Below, piece by piece: positions 48,648 through 62,559 of a stretch of 64,000 bases of DNA. Each line of letters begins with the position of its first letter. Position 1 is the stretch's first letter. This DNA comes from Eremomyces bilateralis CBS 781.70. Its lineage: Eukaryota. Location: the NCBI GenBank assembly GCA_010015585.1, contig ML975150.1; one strand, given 5' to 3'. Made by a program: the position numbers and the translations under genes. The notes under the pieces were generated by a model. The model made no database searches. It saw only the letters and a program-made list of their open reading frames with translations, and was not told where the DNA came from.

Positions 48648-51600
48648 TATGACGATGGGGTTTGCTGGATTGAACGGCCAGAACAATGTAGATAGACTTG
48701 CTCATCAAGGCAAAATCGACCACATGTTCCCGGGCCAAAGTTCCGAGCCAGCGGGAAAGCAAGCAAAATGGGTAAAGCATGGAAGGACGAAGAGAAAACA
48801 AGACGCAGCATCATGTAAAGTGACCGAGCATGTGGACAGTTGGGGCACGATCCGGCACAGCGGCCGAAACATGAACAGCAACAGAAGGTGAGGATGTTCA
48901 ATGCAGTTGGCGGGGAGAGAGGTGGGAGGGGGGCAAACCTGTCGCATGCGGAGTGCGAAGCAGGGCAACATACCGATGGGCCAAATAACCAACCAGCTTA
49001 TCTCATTTGCCTGCTCTGATTTGCCTGCGAGCAGTTGAAACGGAATAACCAGATCCCTTTGTTAAGCGCCTGAAGGAGGGACAGGTGGGATTGTTGGAGG
49101 GAGAGTGAGTTGATCGGCGGCTGTGGTTTAAGGAGACGGGCGCAACTGGTGCGGCGAAGGACACCGTTTTGGCTATTATGCAATCATTATAACCGCGATG
49201 GATGGGAGGGTGAAGGCACAAAGGGGTAGATGGAGGAGAAGAATGGTTGAATGAAGAAAGGAAGTGGTCTCACAGAGACTGTGAATGCGCCGACAGCACC
49301 TAATTGAAAGGAGCGAAGTTTGAAGAGAGGGAGAGGGAGAGAGTAGGGAGGAAGAGGAGGAAGGATTTGGTAGGAAGCAAACGAATGAACGATGGAATGG
49401 CACTTGACGATGCGGAGGTGTTTTGGCGTGGACTGGGGGTTTGGGGATCTCTCTAGCCTCTCCTCTCTAATATTAGTGGTGGTGAGTGAGTCTAGCCATC
49501 CTTTGGTTCATGGTTGTATGTGTGGACATGTACCTAATTAATTCTTATTACCAACGTCCCTACTGAAGTCCTGGTGGCTTATGCAGAGCTAGTTCATACA
49601 AGCTACGACTACGGAATCCTCCATCACCCGTTGAATACCGGAATAAGATACCTGCCACCAGTGAGACCGGACTGGTGGGAACAACGGGAGGCCAGACGGT
49701 TATTTTGGGGGATATTGGGTGGCCAGTTGGAGGTGGCCCATTCACCATGTTGAGTTCCTACCTCATAGAGTCCTGACCAAGAAATGATGGCGTTAGTGGT
49801 TGCAGGCAGTTTGCAGGCGGGTTGCAGGATTATTAGGGGGAAAGCCAGTGAGCCTCAGGGAAGAAGGTCTGGGTGGCTGGTATGCGGCCGATGGAGGCGC
49901 TTGGAGTTGCCATGCAATTGGACCCGTTGTCTCACTGTCGTCGGGGATTTGGGCGGTTTGGGGGGTTGCTCCCTTAACGCCGCTGATGTTTCATGTCTCA
50001 GTATCCGTACACTGTACAGTATTATCATGATCGTACATCTAGATTTCTAATACTACTGCCGCCTATTTATCGTTGCCGCTTTGTATGCAACTTCGTCCTT
50101 CTCACTCTGCATGTCGAGCGCTTACCGGGCTGCCAGAAGAATTCCATTGATCTATCAGCAACACCATGCGAGAAAGGCGGGAAGGTGCTCAACAATACGG
50201 GCGGCACACCAAGGGAGGAAAGCACGATCGGGGTGCGCTGGTGTCTGATTCGCTAATTTCTGAGGTTCTTGCTGTAAGTTGTAACACAAGGGGCGATGGA
50301 GGACGACCGGGGACCGGCCTTACTGCATCCTTGCAGCAAGTGCGCTTAGTCCAGCCTGCTTCCATGGGCTCACCAATCCAGGGTCGCTCATTTGACCGGG
50401 ATTTTTGGTTCTACATGCCTCAAAACACCCTTGTCCATGAATGAATCCAATCAACCAATCCTATGCATTTTCCAAACAAAGGGACCCTGGCAACCAGACC
50501 GAGCGTTATATCTAAAAATACTCGGGCGCCTGCAACCGCTTCCATATTCATGGGTTCTTCTAATTGGATGGATGGATGTTTGCGTGCTCACTCCGTCACT
50601 TGACCTCATTCCATTATTCAAGAACCAAATTCGGTTCATAATCATACTATTTATTAGGTGTCGTGATTAAGTTTGGGAGGCATTTGGCTTTGGATAGTTG
50701 GCGGATTGATCCTTCTACGACCCTATGGCAGAACAGATCCGTAATCATCCAATGACCCGACTGAATTGTCTACAAGGTTACCGTTCATCGGTACCATGAT
50801 ACCATCCTGATACTTAAATAGTAGGTGCTGACCATAACCTCGTGATGGCAGTAGAAGACAATTCATAGGAGAATCCTAATTCCCGCAATTAGTCTGTCCC
50901 TAATTGGATATCTCTCGCCTCATCCTGCCTGAACGTGGGACTCGGTCAGATCATTCTGATCCAATTCCGCCACCAACAGGCAACAAGCTACATCTGGCCG
51001 TTCAATTATTCTTAGCCCGAAGTCTGGGCTCCTGGCTTCAAGTCAACATCAGGCAATTGCCAGTTCGCTCCGAGTTCGCAATCCCAGCGTGTTCCTAACC
51101 AAAGCCCTAATGGTTTTAAGTACTGTAGTTTCACGTCCACCACAATGCATTGGGACTTTCGATGCCCGTCAGCGCTCAGTAGTCAGCACTTATCAGAAGC
51201 TTTGAGGAAGTAGAAATCCTCCGAGCCGCTAAGTCGCAAGTATCATCAAGTGTGGGTGGTGGTACAATTTACCGCATTGAGGCATAGATGATTTTAGACA
51301 TCATCAAACATCATTATAGATCCACAGTTCGGCCCCTTTTAACCACTGTTTCGTCATTTTGAGGACGTGTCGAAGATGGCCGCCATGAGGATATGCTGGG
51401 TATGTCCGTCCGATCTTCCCGAAGGGCGAAGATCCTTTCATTCCCGGTCCCGGTCAGCCAGCCCCTGATCAACATCCACATTCCACAGCGAATTCGAAAT
51501 TCCCCGAATTTTTCGTCTGACGAAAATCAACCTATTGAACATGAAACATCCGATGATGGCATCAAGCCTCATGACATCGCGGCAATTGACATCTGACAAA

Positions 51601-52660
51601 CCCAAATTGAACGTCCTTTATTATTATGTATGGCATGGGATGGATCATGTTACATGTACCTAGTCATCGGACAGTCCGAAGTTATCGGGATGATACCTAC
51701 TCTCCCATCTAGACGAAATCTCGTAGGTTCCGCCGTTCCTCAGCGAATGATCAACGACAGATTCCATTAGGGATGAGAAAATGCCGAATTGAGGAACGAG
51801 GATCATGATTGCGATGCGATATTAGCGACTACCTACGTGGAACAGAACATGAAAGAGCACGCGAGCCAGGCGAGTGTTTTGAAACGTTGGTACGAACAGA
51901 CCATCATGTGAAATCGGTGGTTCTCTGGCCTCAGGTGTCTACTATTATTCAACGTCATCGTCGCAGTACTTCACCGTTCGTACATCAACCAGGACCTTGG
52001 GTTGAACTTTGACGGCTATGACTGAGCTCTCGGATTCTAGCAATGATGGTTCCAACGGATGGAATATACCAGGCGATTTATTCCTGTAGACCCGAAGGGA
52101 ACACGACGGGAAGGGTCGACTCTAACTACTCTTTTCTCACATCACTATAAATGCTCTGCGCTTTCAATTATAGTATTGCTTCACTCATCTTAAGCAATTA
52201 TAATCTGGTCCAGGGGACGTCACAACTTCACGTCAGCCGGATCAGAGCTTGTTGGATTTTCAAGGTTTTTTTTCTCTTTGCGCTTCCACAAGTCTACGCC
52301 TCTCAAAACATGTCCAAATTCATTCAGCCGCGGCCACGGCACATATTCTTCGGTAGGTGGAGGGGTTTCCGACGCACCGATCCGATTAGATCGAATGTGT
52401 CGCCATCTGGAGTATGGATAACGCTTATGCCCACTCAGGAGTCCGATGAAAGCTGGCGCCGGGGGCAGCCCATCTCCATTCCGACTAGATTAGATAAAGT
52501 GCCCCAATACTCGATGGGGGAAGTGTCGACATCTATAGAGAGACGTGCCTGAACCCAAACCGAGACTGTCAGCTTTAAACCGGGCAGAATGAGAAGAGGA
52601 AACCGACCTTCAGTTGGAGCTTACCCAACCCTCAAACCCGCAAATCCCTTTCCCTTTTTC

Positions 52661-53566
52661 TCACTCTTCTCCCATGATCGCCATCACCGCCTGCTCAACT
52701 GCCGCCTCCAACTCCGGATGCCGCCCCAGCACCTCCTCCAGCGCATCCCAATCTCCCAACCACCCCACCGCCCAGAAATACGCAATGGACGCCACCAACG
52801 CCCGCCGATAATCAAACTCCATATACATTCTGCCGCACCCTGTCGATTTCATCGTCGTTGTTGTCGCTGCCGTCGTCGTCCGTTCCCAAATATATTCCGC
52901 CTCTCCTGCCCCCGGCGGCTCGCGCCACAGCGAGCTCAACATCGGCCCGCACAGGTTAATCTCGACGCGCGGCACCTGCAGCACCGCCGCCGCGTACGCC
53001 AAGCTCGCGGTGCGGCGCAGATTGATGGACCCGGCGTCGGGGAGCTGGAAGGGCGCGATGCTCGGGTCGCGGCAGGCAGTGGACATCCAGAACAGGAGGT
53101 TCACGACGGCGGCTTCGTCCGGGATTGGGGCGTCGGCGACGTGGATGGAGACGTGGCGGAGGGTCCGCCGCGCGTGGAGGACGCGGCGGGCGATGAGGGA
53201 GAAGCGCTTGAGGAGGTGGATGGGGATTTTTTGGACGAGGACGTAGTCGGCGGCGGAGTTTTCAATGCTTAAGCTCACTACTGCACCTCGGAGGCGCCAG
53301 GATGAATTGGTGCCAGATTTGGTAGACGAGGACAAGAACGAGGCGGCTGGGCCCTGAGAGCTGTTCCCCATGTCACTTGGTCCCCCATTCGATGAACTAC
53401 ACTACGTCAGTTGAACTAAAGTGACGGGAGCTATGCGGTATACCTACCATGAGGGCGATACTGAAAACAGTGATTGATGCGTGGTAATGTTATCTGGAGT
53501 TGTGGAATAAACGTTCATGCCGCAGGCAGAACAAGGTGAATCTGGTCTGCCTGCGACAGAAGGCAT
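52661..53566 (-). CDS. Hypothetical protein, possibly a divergent BTB/POZ-like fold (intron 53397-53447)
   Basis: Upstream exon MPSVAG...SPS splices in frame (GTAGGT donor, ACTGAC branch, TAG acceptor) to the 236-aa ORF. Confidence 0.6.
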
Positions 53567-54240
53567 ATCTCTTGATGTATGGTTTCTAGCATGGCAGGGG
53601 CAAGGGATGCTGATACAAATATGGTTATATTGAAGGGCTCTACGCGGTAGTTTCGTCTCCAGATAATTTGAGGAAACGTAAACGTGTGGAACTTCCAGTA
53701 TATATGACTGCTTCAAAGTTAGCTTCACGATCGTGTTAATGCAAATTGCTCTGGAAAACACACCAGTGACTTACTTAATTCGGCAAGTGACCGAATTCGC
53801 CATTAGACATTTTTTACTGAAAATCAGTAGTCGTGAGATCGAGCCCTGGACGATAAATCCCTTCCTGTGCTGGGCAATTATTTTGCTAGTCCCCAGAATA
53901 CACCACACATCAGAATTGCCTCAGTCTCTTGCTTCCGACCCAGCACTTTGTTCGGCCACCTGGCCGTATAGGCAAGAAGTACTGAGAACCTATCTATCAC
54001 TGCACTGGGCAAGGGTCATCTCTTTCAGACAGGTGACTGGACGTGCATCAAAAAAGATGAGAAAGATCGATTGATGATCGTATGCATAGCAATGAGGAAT
54101 GCTATTTATCATCCTTCGAATCATGACTGGGCGTGTGAAAACCCTCCTGTATGAATACATGGACGTACCAATCCTCCATGTTGATGATGCGATGCGCTCT
54201 AGCTGATGGCCCATCAAACCGCAAATGCAACACCATGCAA

Positions 54241-56955
54241 TCAATTCCAACAACTCCGCTCCATGGCCAGCATCGCAAAGTGCGCCCCCACAACTGGCCT
54301 AGCATAGAAAGTAACTCCCGGGAACTCGCTGGTCTCCGTGTCATACAGATCCGTCATCGGCTTATCGGTCCGCGTTTCGTTCAGCCACACTGCATGTCGG
54401 TCTATGATCTCCTTGCGCACGGCGGGTGATGCAACAGAGCCGACCTCGAACGCCCAGTCGGACTTGGTGTACAGGTGCCGCGAGTCCAGTGGGAGGCCGT
54501 AGCGCTGCATGACGAGGGAGTAGAAGTGGGATTGGGCGGTGTAGATGTGATGGGGGATGAAGTCTTTAGGGGAGGATTGGGTCGGCTTCGCATTCTTGTT
54601 TGACGATGAAGTGGTGCGGAATATATATGACGAAATGGTCCGTCGCCAGGACGGACCGGATTTGCTAGGTTTTCGGTGGCCTGTTAGTGGTTGTTGGCCT
54701 GAGTGAGCTGTGGGCACATCGACCTCGAGTCCTGGATGATGAGGGATCTTGGATGAAGTGCCAGGGGGGTTTGCATCCATCTTTGTTGAATGGAAACAGA
54801 GGATTGAATCGGCAAACAAGCTGTACAGCGTTGTCCAGCTTCCATACCAATGGTAAGCAAGCTTTGCATGACCGCCATCTCTTGACATTCCGTACTCCTC
54901 CCATTTCTTAATGTATGTCTCGGAGATGTTTGCGTACTGCGCCTGCTCGGTGTGGTATTCCATGACACCTGCGAGCTCGCTCATGGCTTTGATTCCAACA
55001 ATACCTTTCAAGGCGAGATTGGTCTGGTTTGCCAACCATCCTGCGAAGTCATCGGTACTGAGCTGGTTCTCTGGCTCGAGGCTGAAATCCACGAGGTACT
55101 TCGTCCATTGTTTCCACAATATGTAGGTGCGATCGACCCACTGCTTCGCAAGCTTCTTGCCTCCCGGCGTGCCTCTCCAAACGCCGTCATTGTAGTCAAT
55201 ATACGGATCATGCTCGCAATGAGACAAGCTTGCAGGAACCGATAACGGGAAGTAGCTCTCATCCCGATCTCGAACCACAACGCTCGTGGCCTTTGCAGGT
55301 GCACAAAGTGGCTTCGCCGCCAGGCCATCCGATACGCTCCCGTCTCCGCGCTGTAGGCTGTGGACAAGAGAAAGGCCCATAATAAGCATATCGCCACACT
55401 CTTCCACGGGCATGTATTCGTCTCTCCCATCCGGATGGCCCGTCTCGTTGGGAAAGTGGGCACCCAAGTCGTGCATCGAATAACGATTCGGATATTGTCC
55501 GCTCAGCTGATGCTCGAGGAGTGGCTCTAGCAGGTACGCCAGCCATCGCGGGTTGGTGTATAAGAAGAATGGAAAGCTGGGGAAAATGACGTCGACAGTC
55601 TGGCAGTTCCCGTTGGAGGAGATCTCTTTCAGGAAAATGAGGGGATTGTCGGGGGTTCCGGAGAAGCTCGTTGCGCCCAGTACCTGACGGGCGGATAGCG
55701 CCACGATATCACGATAGTTGTGAGATCCCGACTTAAATGCGTCCTCGGCCAATCGATCGGAGTAGTCCGCTGCCAGCTTCTTCGCTTTTTCGAAGTCTTT
55801 GTAGTGATACGTAATCATAGCCTCATCGGTAAGGAAGTATGATTTCCACAAAGGACGCATGTTGGTCAAGCCCCGTGAGGATGCGTACTGGACGACAGGG
55901 TCCTGTATGTGGGCGATCGTAAACAAGGTTGACTCGCTCGACTTGGAGGATGTATCATGAACGGAACTTCCTAGGTTGAAAGTCTTGCTAAAAGCAAAGA
56001 CAGGCTCGTCATCCATAATGCTCCGGAAGTTGCTGTCGTTCTCATTTTGTAGCACTCCGGTGCGGGAGAAACGCTGGCGGATCTTCGCCGCGTTACCAGA
56101 TTCGTAATGAACATCCTGTTAGTTGAGTTGATTAGCAAGTACCATCCCCCAAAATTTCCAAAGACGTACCGAAGGCGCTGAGAAAGCAAGTGTGCCCCAC
56201 TCCCCGCGGTCCCAATGCTCTGTAAACAACGCTTCCGACCTCCTCTTCACCATCCACGTCTTCAGCGAGCGGTTCGAATCCAGTTCGAAATGCTCCAGCT
56301 GCCATTCTATCTCGCTTGATGTATCACCGCTGACCCATAGCCCGTTGAGATCGACAGATAGGACCACATCGAACGAACCGGATGCATATATGCTGAGATA
56401 TGTTGCGGGAATGGATTGCCGGACGGTCGAGGTGGGCGTGATGGGCGAGAGGAAGGAAAGCACGATCTCGACCGGTTCGGAGGTGTTGGAGTGGGACGGC
56501 GAAGGGATTTCATACGTGAGGTTCGTGGTGGACGCATCGTATGACGCCCCTCGATAGTTCGGGAAAGAGACATTGTACCTAAACCGCTATAAGCTAGGAA
56601 TTGGCCATATAAGGTAGGATATCGTACCCAGCATCCGGTCTAGCCTCTAGCGAATCTTGCGGCCTTCCAAGCAACGGATAGGCCAAGTTGCTCGACGGCA
56701 CCGACGCGAGCACGGAGAAGCCAATCTTGTCACCGTCAGTCTCCCGCTCCCTCCCTCACACCATGGCTAGCCTACCTCTTGGCCCGTATAGAACATCGGC
56801 CATTTATTCCATGGTACATCCCTCGCATTCCCCAGCCACGTGCTGAAATACGGGTTCCGGACTGTGAGCGGGAGCGTGGGCGGCGTCAGCGTGGATGCGC
56901 ATGCGGTCCCAACCGCGAGGGCAGCTGCTACGAGGCTCGCGACGTGGCCAGCCAT
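54241..56955 (-). CDS. gtaA: Glutaminase GtaA family secreted protein (4 exons)
   Basis: Signal peptide, PLTVRNPYFSTW, FLSPITP, FLKEISSNGNCQTVDVIFP, HDLGAHFPN, MPVEECG, QLSTDDFAG, YGLPLDSRHLYTKSDW, ARPVVGAHF. Confidence 0.9.
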
Positions 56956-57534
56956 GTTGCGGGTGAGACGAGCAACGGAAGAAGCAAAAGGAAAGGGAAA
57001 GCAAAAGCGCGGATTTCGAATAGAAATGGGAGTTCAGGTCATGGCTCGATAGTGCAGTACCGATAGACAACACAAAGGAGTCTGATGTAGTGCAGTAGAC
57101 AACTTGAGGGGTAAGTGGAGTGGTGCTGTCATACGAACTCCACATGCAGGGACGCTGGTGGGCCGGGTGCCACCCTTGAAGAGGCCCTGCCGCCCTGGCC
57201 CTTCGATAGATTCGGGATTATGGAGCTTGGTTTACGGAAATACCGAAATCGGGATGGAATTAACTAATGCGTAATCATCATCGCTAGAATCTCCATTTTC
57301 CGTTGCAATTATAGGGATGGTGTCAACCAGTATAAGGCTGAATGAGCTTAGAGGGTAATGCCTTGATTGAACCTATTTGAACCTGATTTAATGCAATGAA
57401 CGCATTCCTTCGAGCATGTTTTATATCAGGTAGACACTATACTGACCTCTTGTTCGTCGCATATCTGACTGCGAACCCAAGACGTAGCTGCATCTCACAT
57501 CCACCATGCAGCATCGAATTAATCGTATGGATCT

Positions 57535-58550
57535 TCACACGATGGGTGTGAACCCCTCATAGGTCCCAGGATATGCTTCCCGCGCCTCCCCCGCCCACGC
57601 GTGTGTTCCAAGACCATCCAGTTCTCGGCAATGGTTGTCGAGTTTGCTTTGCCCCAAGTTGGCCATCGCCTCTGTCTTCGCGAAGTGCAGCGTTCGGGTA
57701 TGGATGCGCCAGCGGCGGTCACTCTTATCAGTGGCGTTCCAGCACAAGAAGAGATTGCTGCTCTCAAAATATCCCATCTCAATGCTGCGGAACTTCCAAA
57801 GACCACCGGGCGTGCGGCAGTCGTAACCTGCTATTCCCTTGTTGCATCCTTCTTCGACGGGTTGTTCCGCGTTAGGGTCATTGGCGATGTCCTCGGCGAT
57901 GTCAGGGAGGCTGGTCCAGGTGAACTGCGCCTGCGGAGTGTTCTCCATGCAATTTTCGAAAGGGATGGTGGCGTTCTTGGAAAACTTGAGCCTCCCGTCC
58001 TTGCAGAAGTAGATGAATTGCTGTTCGTGGATGTGGTCGACGTCGTCCTTCCTCAACTAGGTCTATTAGCAACCATATATTTACGCACCAGAGACAATAT
58101 TACCGGGAGAAGGTCGTCATGAAATATGAGATCCGTCCGACATGTGAAACCCCTGGTCTGAACCCCTTCATAGTTTTCGCACGCGGTCGAGAAGGGGTCA
58201 ACATTGACGGTAAGATACCCATCCTCGCCAACCATCACGCGCTTGCCGTGGAGACTAGTCTCATTCTTGATATGGAGGGTCAGGGTGTAGTTCTCAGGCT
58301 GAGTGGTAGCCGCAGCATTGCCAGAGATGCCGGTATCACGTGCGTTGAGCGGAAGATACTCCACTTGCACTTCGAACCTCTGGCTTTCACCGCCGAGGAT
58401 TAGGACCAACAGGGCAGGTATGCACATGACGAGGAGAACAATGGTGATAGGCCCCAACCCTCTTCGGGAGGGTGGATGTCCCTCGAGGGACGGCGGAGAC
58501 CCATTCTCCACATCTGGAACCTTTTTCCGAGGCACCAAGACCTCATCCAT
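57535..58550 (-). CDS. Hypothetical type II membrane protein with a Cys-containing extracellular domain (intron 58057-58103)
   Basis: Two ORFs joined by a GTAATA...GCTAAT...TAG intron (DDLLP|LRKDD). One N-terminal hydrophobic helix and N-glycosylation sequons (NYT, NET, NAT). Confidence 0.7.
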
Positions 58551-59824
58551 TGAATCCTAGGTGACGTGTGGTTAGAAAGGTAGAACAAGACCGGAATCGA
58601 GTAAGCTGAAAAGTGATGAGATTATATGGAAACGTCAGAGTCCCTGAAAAGCATTGGTGAGACATAGGATGGCCGTTAGGCTAGCTCATGGTGTTACTTC
58701 AGTAGATTTGAGTTTCCGAGGACGTCATTGTCCCTATATATGCTCTCGTATAAAAAAGTACTCACGGCTGTCACTCACAGTCAGTGGATGCTCGGCCATC
58801 AATATGAGGAGATGTCTACGTACTCAATTTCTTCTCATCCATTGGTGCAACTGGTACGTTCCAGTACCCTGTGTGTTCAAAGCCGTGATGTTTGTCAAGT
58901 GAGTGGAATGACTTTTGATGAGTGTTTCAGTCCAAGTTGCAGTAGGAGAGGGAAGTCGAAGGAGATGTTGATAGGAGAAGCAAAGTCGCTGTAATTTACG
59001 GATTCGAGGAGTGAACCACCTTTGGATTGTGATGGCAGACGAAGGAGAATGTCAGGTGCGTACGGTAAGAATATGACAGAAATCCAATCCGATGGGGCAG
59101 GGGTGAATAACTGGCGGCTGCCTCATGGGGAACGATGCATGTCGTACTTGAGTCTGAGGAGTGTATAAAATACAGCAGGTACCTATATATCAGTAGTACC
59201 TCCCAGTTGGCACGTGTACCAGGTGATCATATGTTTCAACTCATAAGACGGGATGCATCTATTCGGGAGATTGAAGTGCAGAGAACATCTCTTACGTTAC
59301 AAACGTGATAGAGTACTCGCAAATCGGCATGCTTTACAACATTGATGGAAATATCTACCGGTATAGTCCATGTCATTGCATCACCATCTATCCTCGTTGT
59401 AAGATGGTGAAAATATCATTAGGTTTTTGAACCACGATGCATGCATTGGAATGAAAATGATGAGCTTTGTAAAATTGGCTGGATGTCGTAGTCATGTGAC
59501 TAGGACCCAAGTTAATATCACGTGATGATGGTGACACAGGGTTGTTTCCTTGTTGTGCCAAGCATCGGGTGTTATGTCAGCGTCCAATGTTTACATCTCC
59601 GCGAATGACATCAGCCCACTATCTCCACCATATCTCCATCCACCTCTACCCCATGCAATTCCTCTCATCTGTGCTCAACCTCTTCGTTAACGAAACCTTC
59701 ATTCTTGGACCTGATAACACCTTCTCGCACTTCCTTTGGTTGTTGTTATCCTAGAAAACCTGCCTGCCGAGAATTTTCAGCTCGTTTGCACCTCCCATTT
59801 CCGGTGGAGCGAAGTGTAAACAAA

Positions 59825-62021
59825 ATGGTGTTTACACGCCGGCAGTCGGCGCGACTACAAGGTCTTCGAGAAGTATGTTGTTTAGCTACTGTTGAACCAA
59901 TGTTCCAAGATGTTTACATTCTCCTAGGACAGCAACGGACTCGATAACAGTCTTGACTCGGTCACGACAAGAACCCCTCGACGAAAGATTGGCATCCCTG
60001 TGAGCAACGAGGAGATGGAACCCGATCATCATCATTCAAGTGTCGCAAAAGGGCGCGATGAGGCACCATGGCTTGGTTTCTACAACATGGGAGCTAAGAC
60101 TGAGCCTCGCCCTGCTCGTCGGAATGCCATTGCGGATGCGCAGATGACTCCAACCAAATCCACGCAGTCGAGGAAGACCGCAAACCTCCTTTCTCCGGAC
60201 TTCAAGTTTACCTTCCAGCCCCGCCAATCGCTTGACCTGAGTCCAGGCGCTCGACGCATCATGGCAGAGATGCGTGAAGAGGCCGCCAAACTCCGTTCGC
60301 AGATGGCCGCTACCCCAGAAGAATTCCCAGATGTGCCGATGCATGACCCTGATCAGCCTCTCAATCGGAAGATTGCCGCCGCGAAGGGCACCAAAGGCCG
60401 TTTCAGCGATGTCCACAGATCCCAATTCCAAAATATGGCCTCGATCGCCAACCATCCTTCTGCATTTCGCGCAAAGGCAAACACCAACCGACCCCCACTC
60501 TTTCGCCCTACGCCCAAGTCGCTCAAACATTCCCCCAACGCGGAGCTGGACCGACCTTCCTTCAAGTCGCTGAAACGCTCCGCCTCCAAGGCGGATCTTA
60601 ACCGACCTACAACAAAATCCCTCAAACGCTCACCGTCCAAGGCGGAGCTCGATAATTACTCGTGGAAGTTTGACACTCCTTCCGACGGTACTAGCATCGG
60701 CACTCCTCGAAGCCCAGCCAAACGGCTCAAGCCAAGCAATGTGGAAGAGAGCCTGATTCCAAGAGCCCCATCCCGTCCGGTTTCGCGAGACTCGAACCCG
60801 ACGAGTAGCAGCAATGGAACGCCTGGATCCCGGGCAAATACGTTGCAGAAGACGTCTAGCATCCCTCGATTTGCTTCTACATCAAACCTGATGACCCCCA
60901 CTAAAGCATCTCTCGCTCGATCTCAGTCCGCGAAGGCCATCAAGACTGCCCACTTCAATTCTCCGCATCTGATGTCTCCCTCCAATCGTTCAGCCCGCGC
61001 GGTCAAGGCATTCGGTCATTTTGCGATGCGCAAGATCTCGGGCTCAACTCCGTTCAAGAAATTGGCGTCCCCAGCAGCTCCTGCCGCGACCACCCAACCT
61101 CCGCCCTCACCGTGCCCCGTGCCCGCAACACCGAGCGTTATCCCCGATGCGCCTGTTGCTGAGGATCCTACCACGCCACGTTCTCGACTGCCATCCGCCA
61201 CCAAGCTGAAATCCATTCTTCGCACTCCTCGACGTCTCTACTCCAACGACCCAGCCAAGGTAGCCGCTGGCACCCACCTTGCCACTCCACCTAGCGCGGC
61301 TATCAGGAAATCTTTCGGTGTCCCCAAAACCGAGCCTGTCAACAGGATCAAGCGTGTCGACTTCACTGCATCGGTGCTTTCTATGGCTGAGCAACAAGAG
61401 CGACGCGTCCGAGAAGGCTTGCTGGCCATCTCTAACGGAGAGCGCGTATCCCCTAAGCCGACCACCGAACGTGACAACTCCTACGAAGCCGACGAGTCGG
61501 ACATCTCCTACCCCACCATTCCCGGCATGTTCCCTTCGAATCGCCGTTCTACCCTCGGCCACTTCGGCCAAGCTGGCTCAAGCGGCCCATCCGAATTCAC
61601 CTTCCGCTCCGACACTTCCACCCTCTTCGGCTCCCCCCGCGGCGCCACCATCCGCCCGGTCCGCTCCTCTGACGTCAACTCCCACGCCAGAGCGGACAAG
61701 GTCAACTATCCATCCCTCCCCACCGACCGTCCCACCCAGAAGCGCAAGCTCTGCGCCCTCGAGGAAGGCGCCGTCGCCGTGGAAGATGAGAAGGAGAATC
61801 TCGGTGACGTGGCCGTCGGGGCGGATGCCGAGGACCGGCCGATGAAGCGCGCGAGGACGGCGAGCCCCATGGCCGGGAAGAAGTTCTCGGGCCTTCCGGC
61901 GGTGGGGAGGAAGGTTATGAGGAGTCGGCTGCCTGTGTCGGAGGGAAAGAAGACCGCAGCGGCCAGGATGACTAGGGCGAGGTTGGATATGCTGGCCATG
62001 CCGAAGAATAGGAAAGGCTAG
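59825..62021 (+). CDS. Basic, Ser/Thr-Pro-rich protein with a NuSAP-like motif (intron 59873-59927)
   Basis: Exon 1 MVFTRRQSARLQGLRE splices in frame to the 673-aa ORF. Contains GRFSDVHRSQFQNMASIANHPSAF, LMTPTKASLARS and C-terminal RARLDMLAMPKNR. Confidence 0.8.
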
Positions 62022-62559
62022 GCTGTGGTATTTCAGGCGCTGTCTTGGTGGTGGTTGGGGAGGGTCGATCTGAACCGAGACTGGTGCGAGCAGCGGCTTG
62101 CTTTATTTTCATTGGTCATGGTGTCGACGGCACCGGCATAAAAATATGGGAGGCGTTTTACGGTGGGTTCGTACTCCGTGACGATCATGGAGTCCTCGTT
62201 TTCGAAACGGTCTCCGATTCAGCGTGTCACTTGGGGTTCGTGGGAGTTTTCAATCCGGTTGAGATGTTCAACTGGGATGGGTTCTTTGTCTTTTCTATTC
62301 CGAGCGAATTTTTCCCTTTACAACGCTGTCCGTGTCGTCGAGCACAGTCCTCATGCGGCGGACTTGGACTGACACGGATGTTATGACTGGCTCCCGGAAG
62401 AAATGCAAGATGGGAATGTCTTTTCGGTAACTATTGTGGTACTGTACGAGCATAGTTAGCCTTATATCAACGCAGCTCTTAAAACTACCATGCATGCATT
62501 GCATCTGATACCTATAATTTTACTGACCGCGACTCCCAATCCATACATAGCACGGGGTA

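Noticed and set aside
48700..52600. Long gene-free region upstream of the phosphatase as a possible ncRNA or transposon
   Set aside because: No terminal repeats, transposase or RT remnants, or recognisable RNA motifs; long upstream regions are common for signalling genes.
56271..56290. GGTTCGAATCC, a tRNA T-loop/B-box-like sequence
   Set aside because: Lies within the gtaA CDS and has no cloverleaf.
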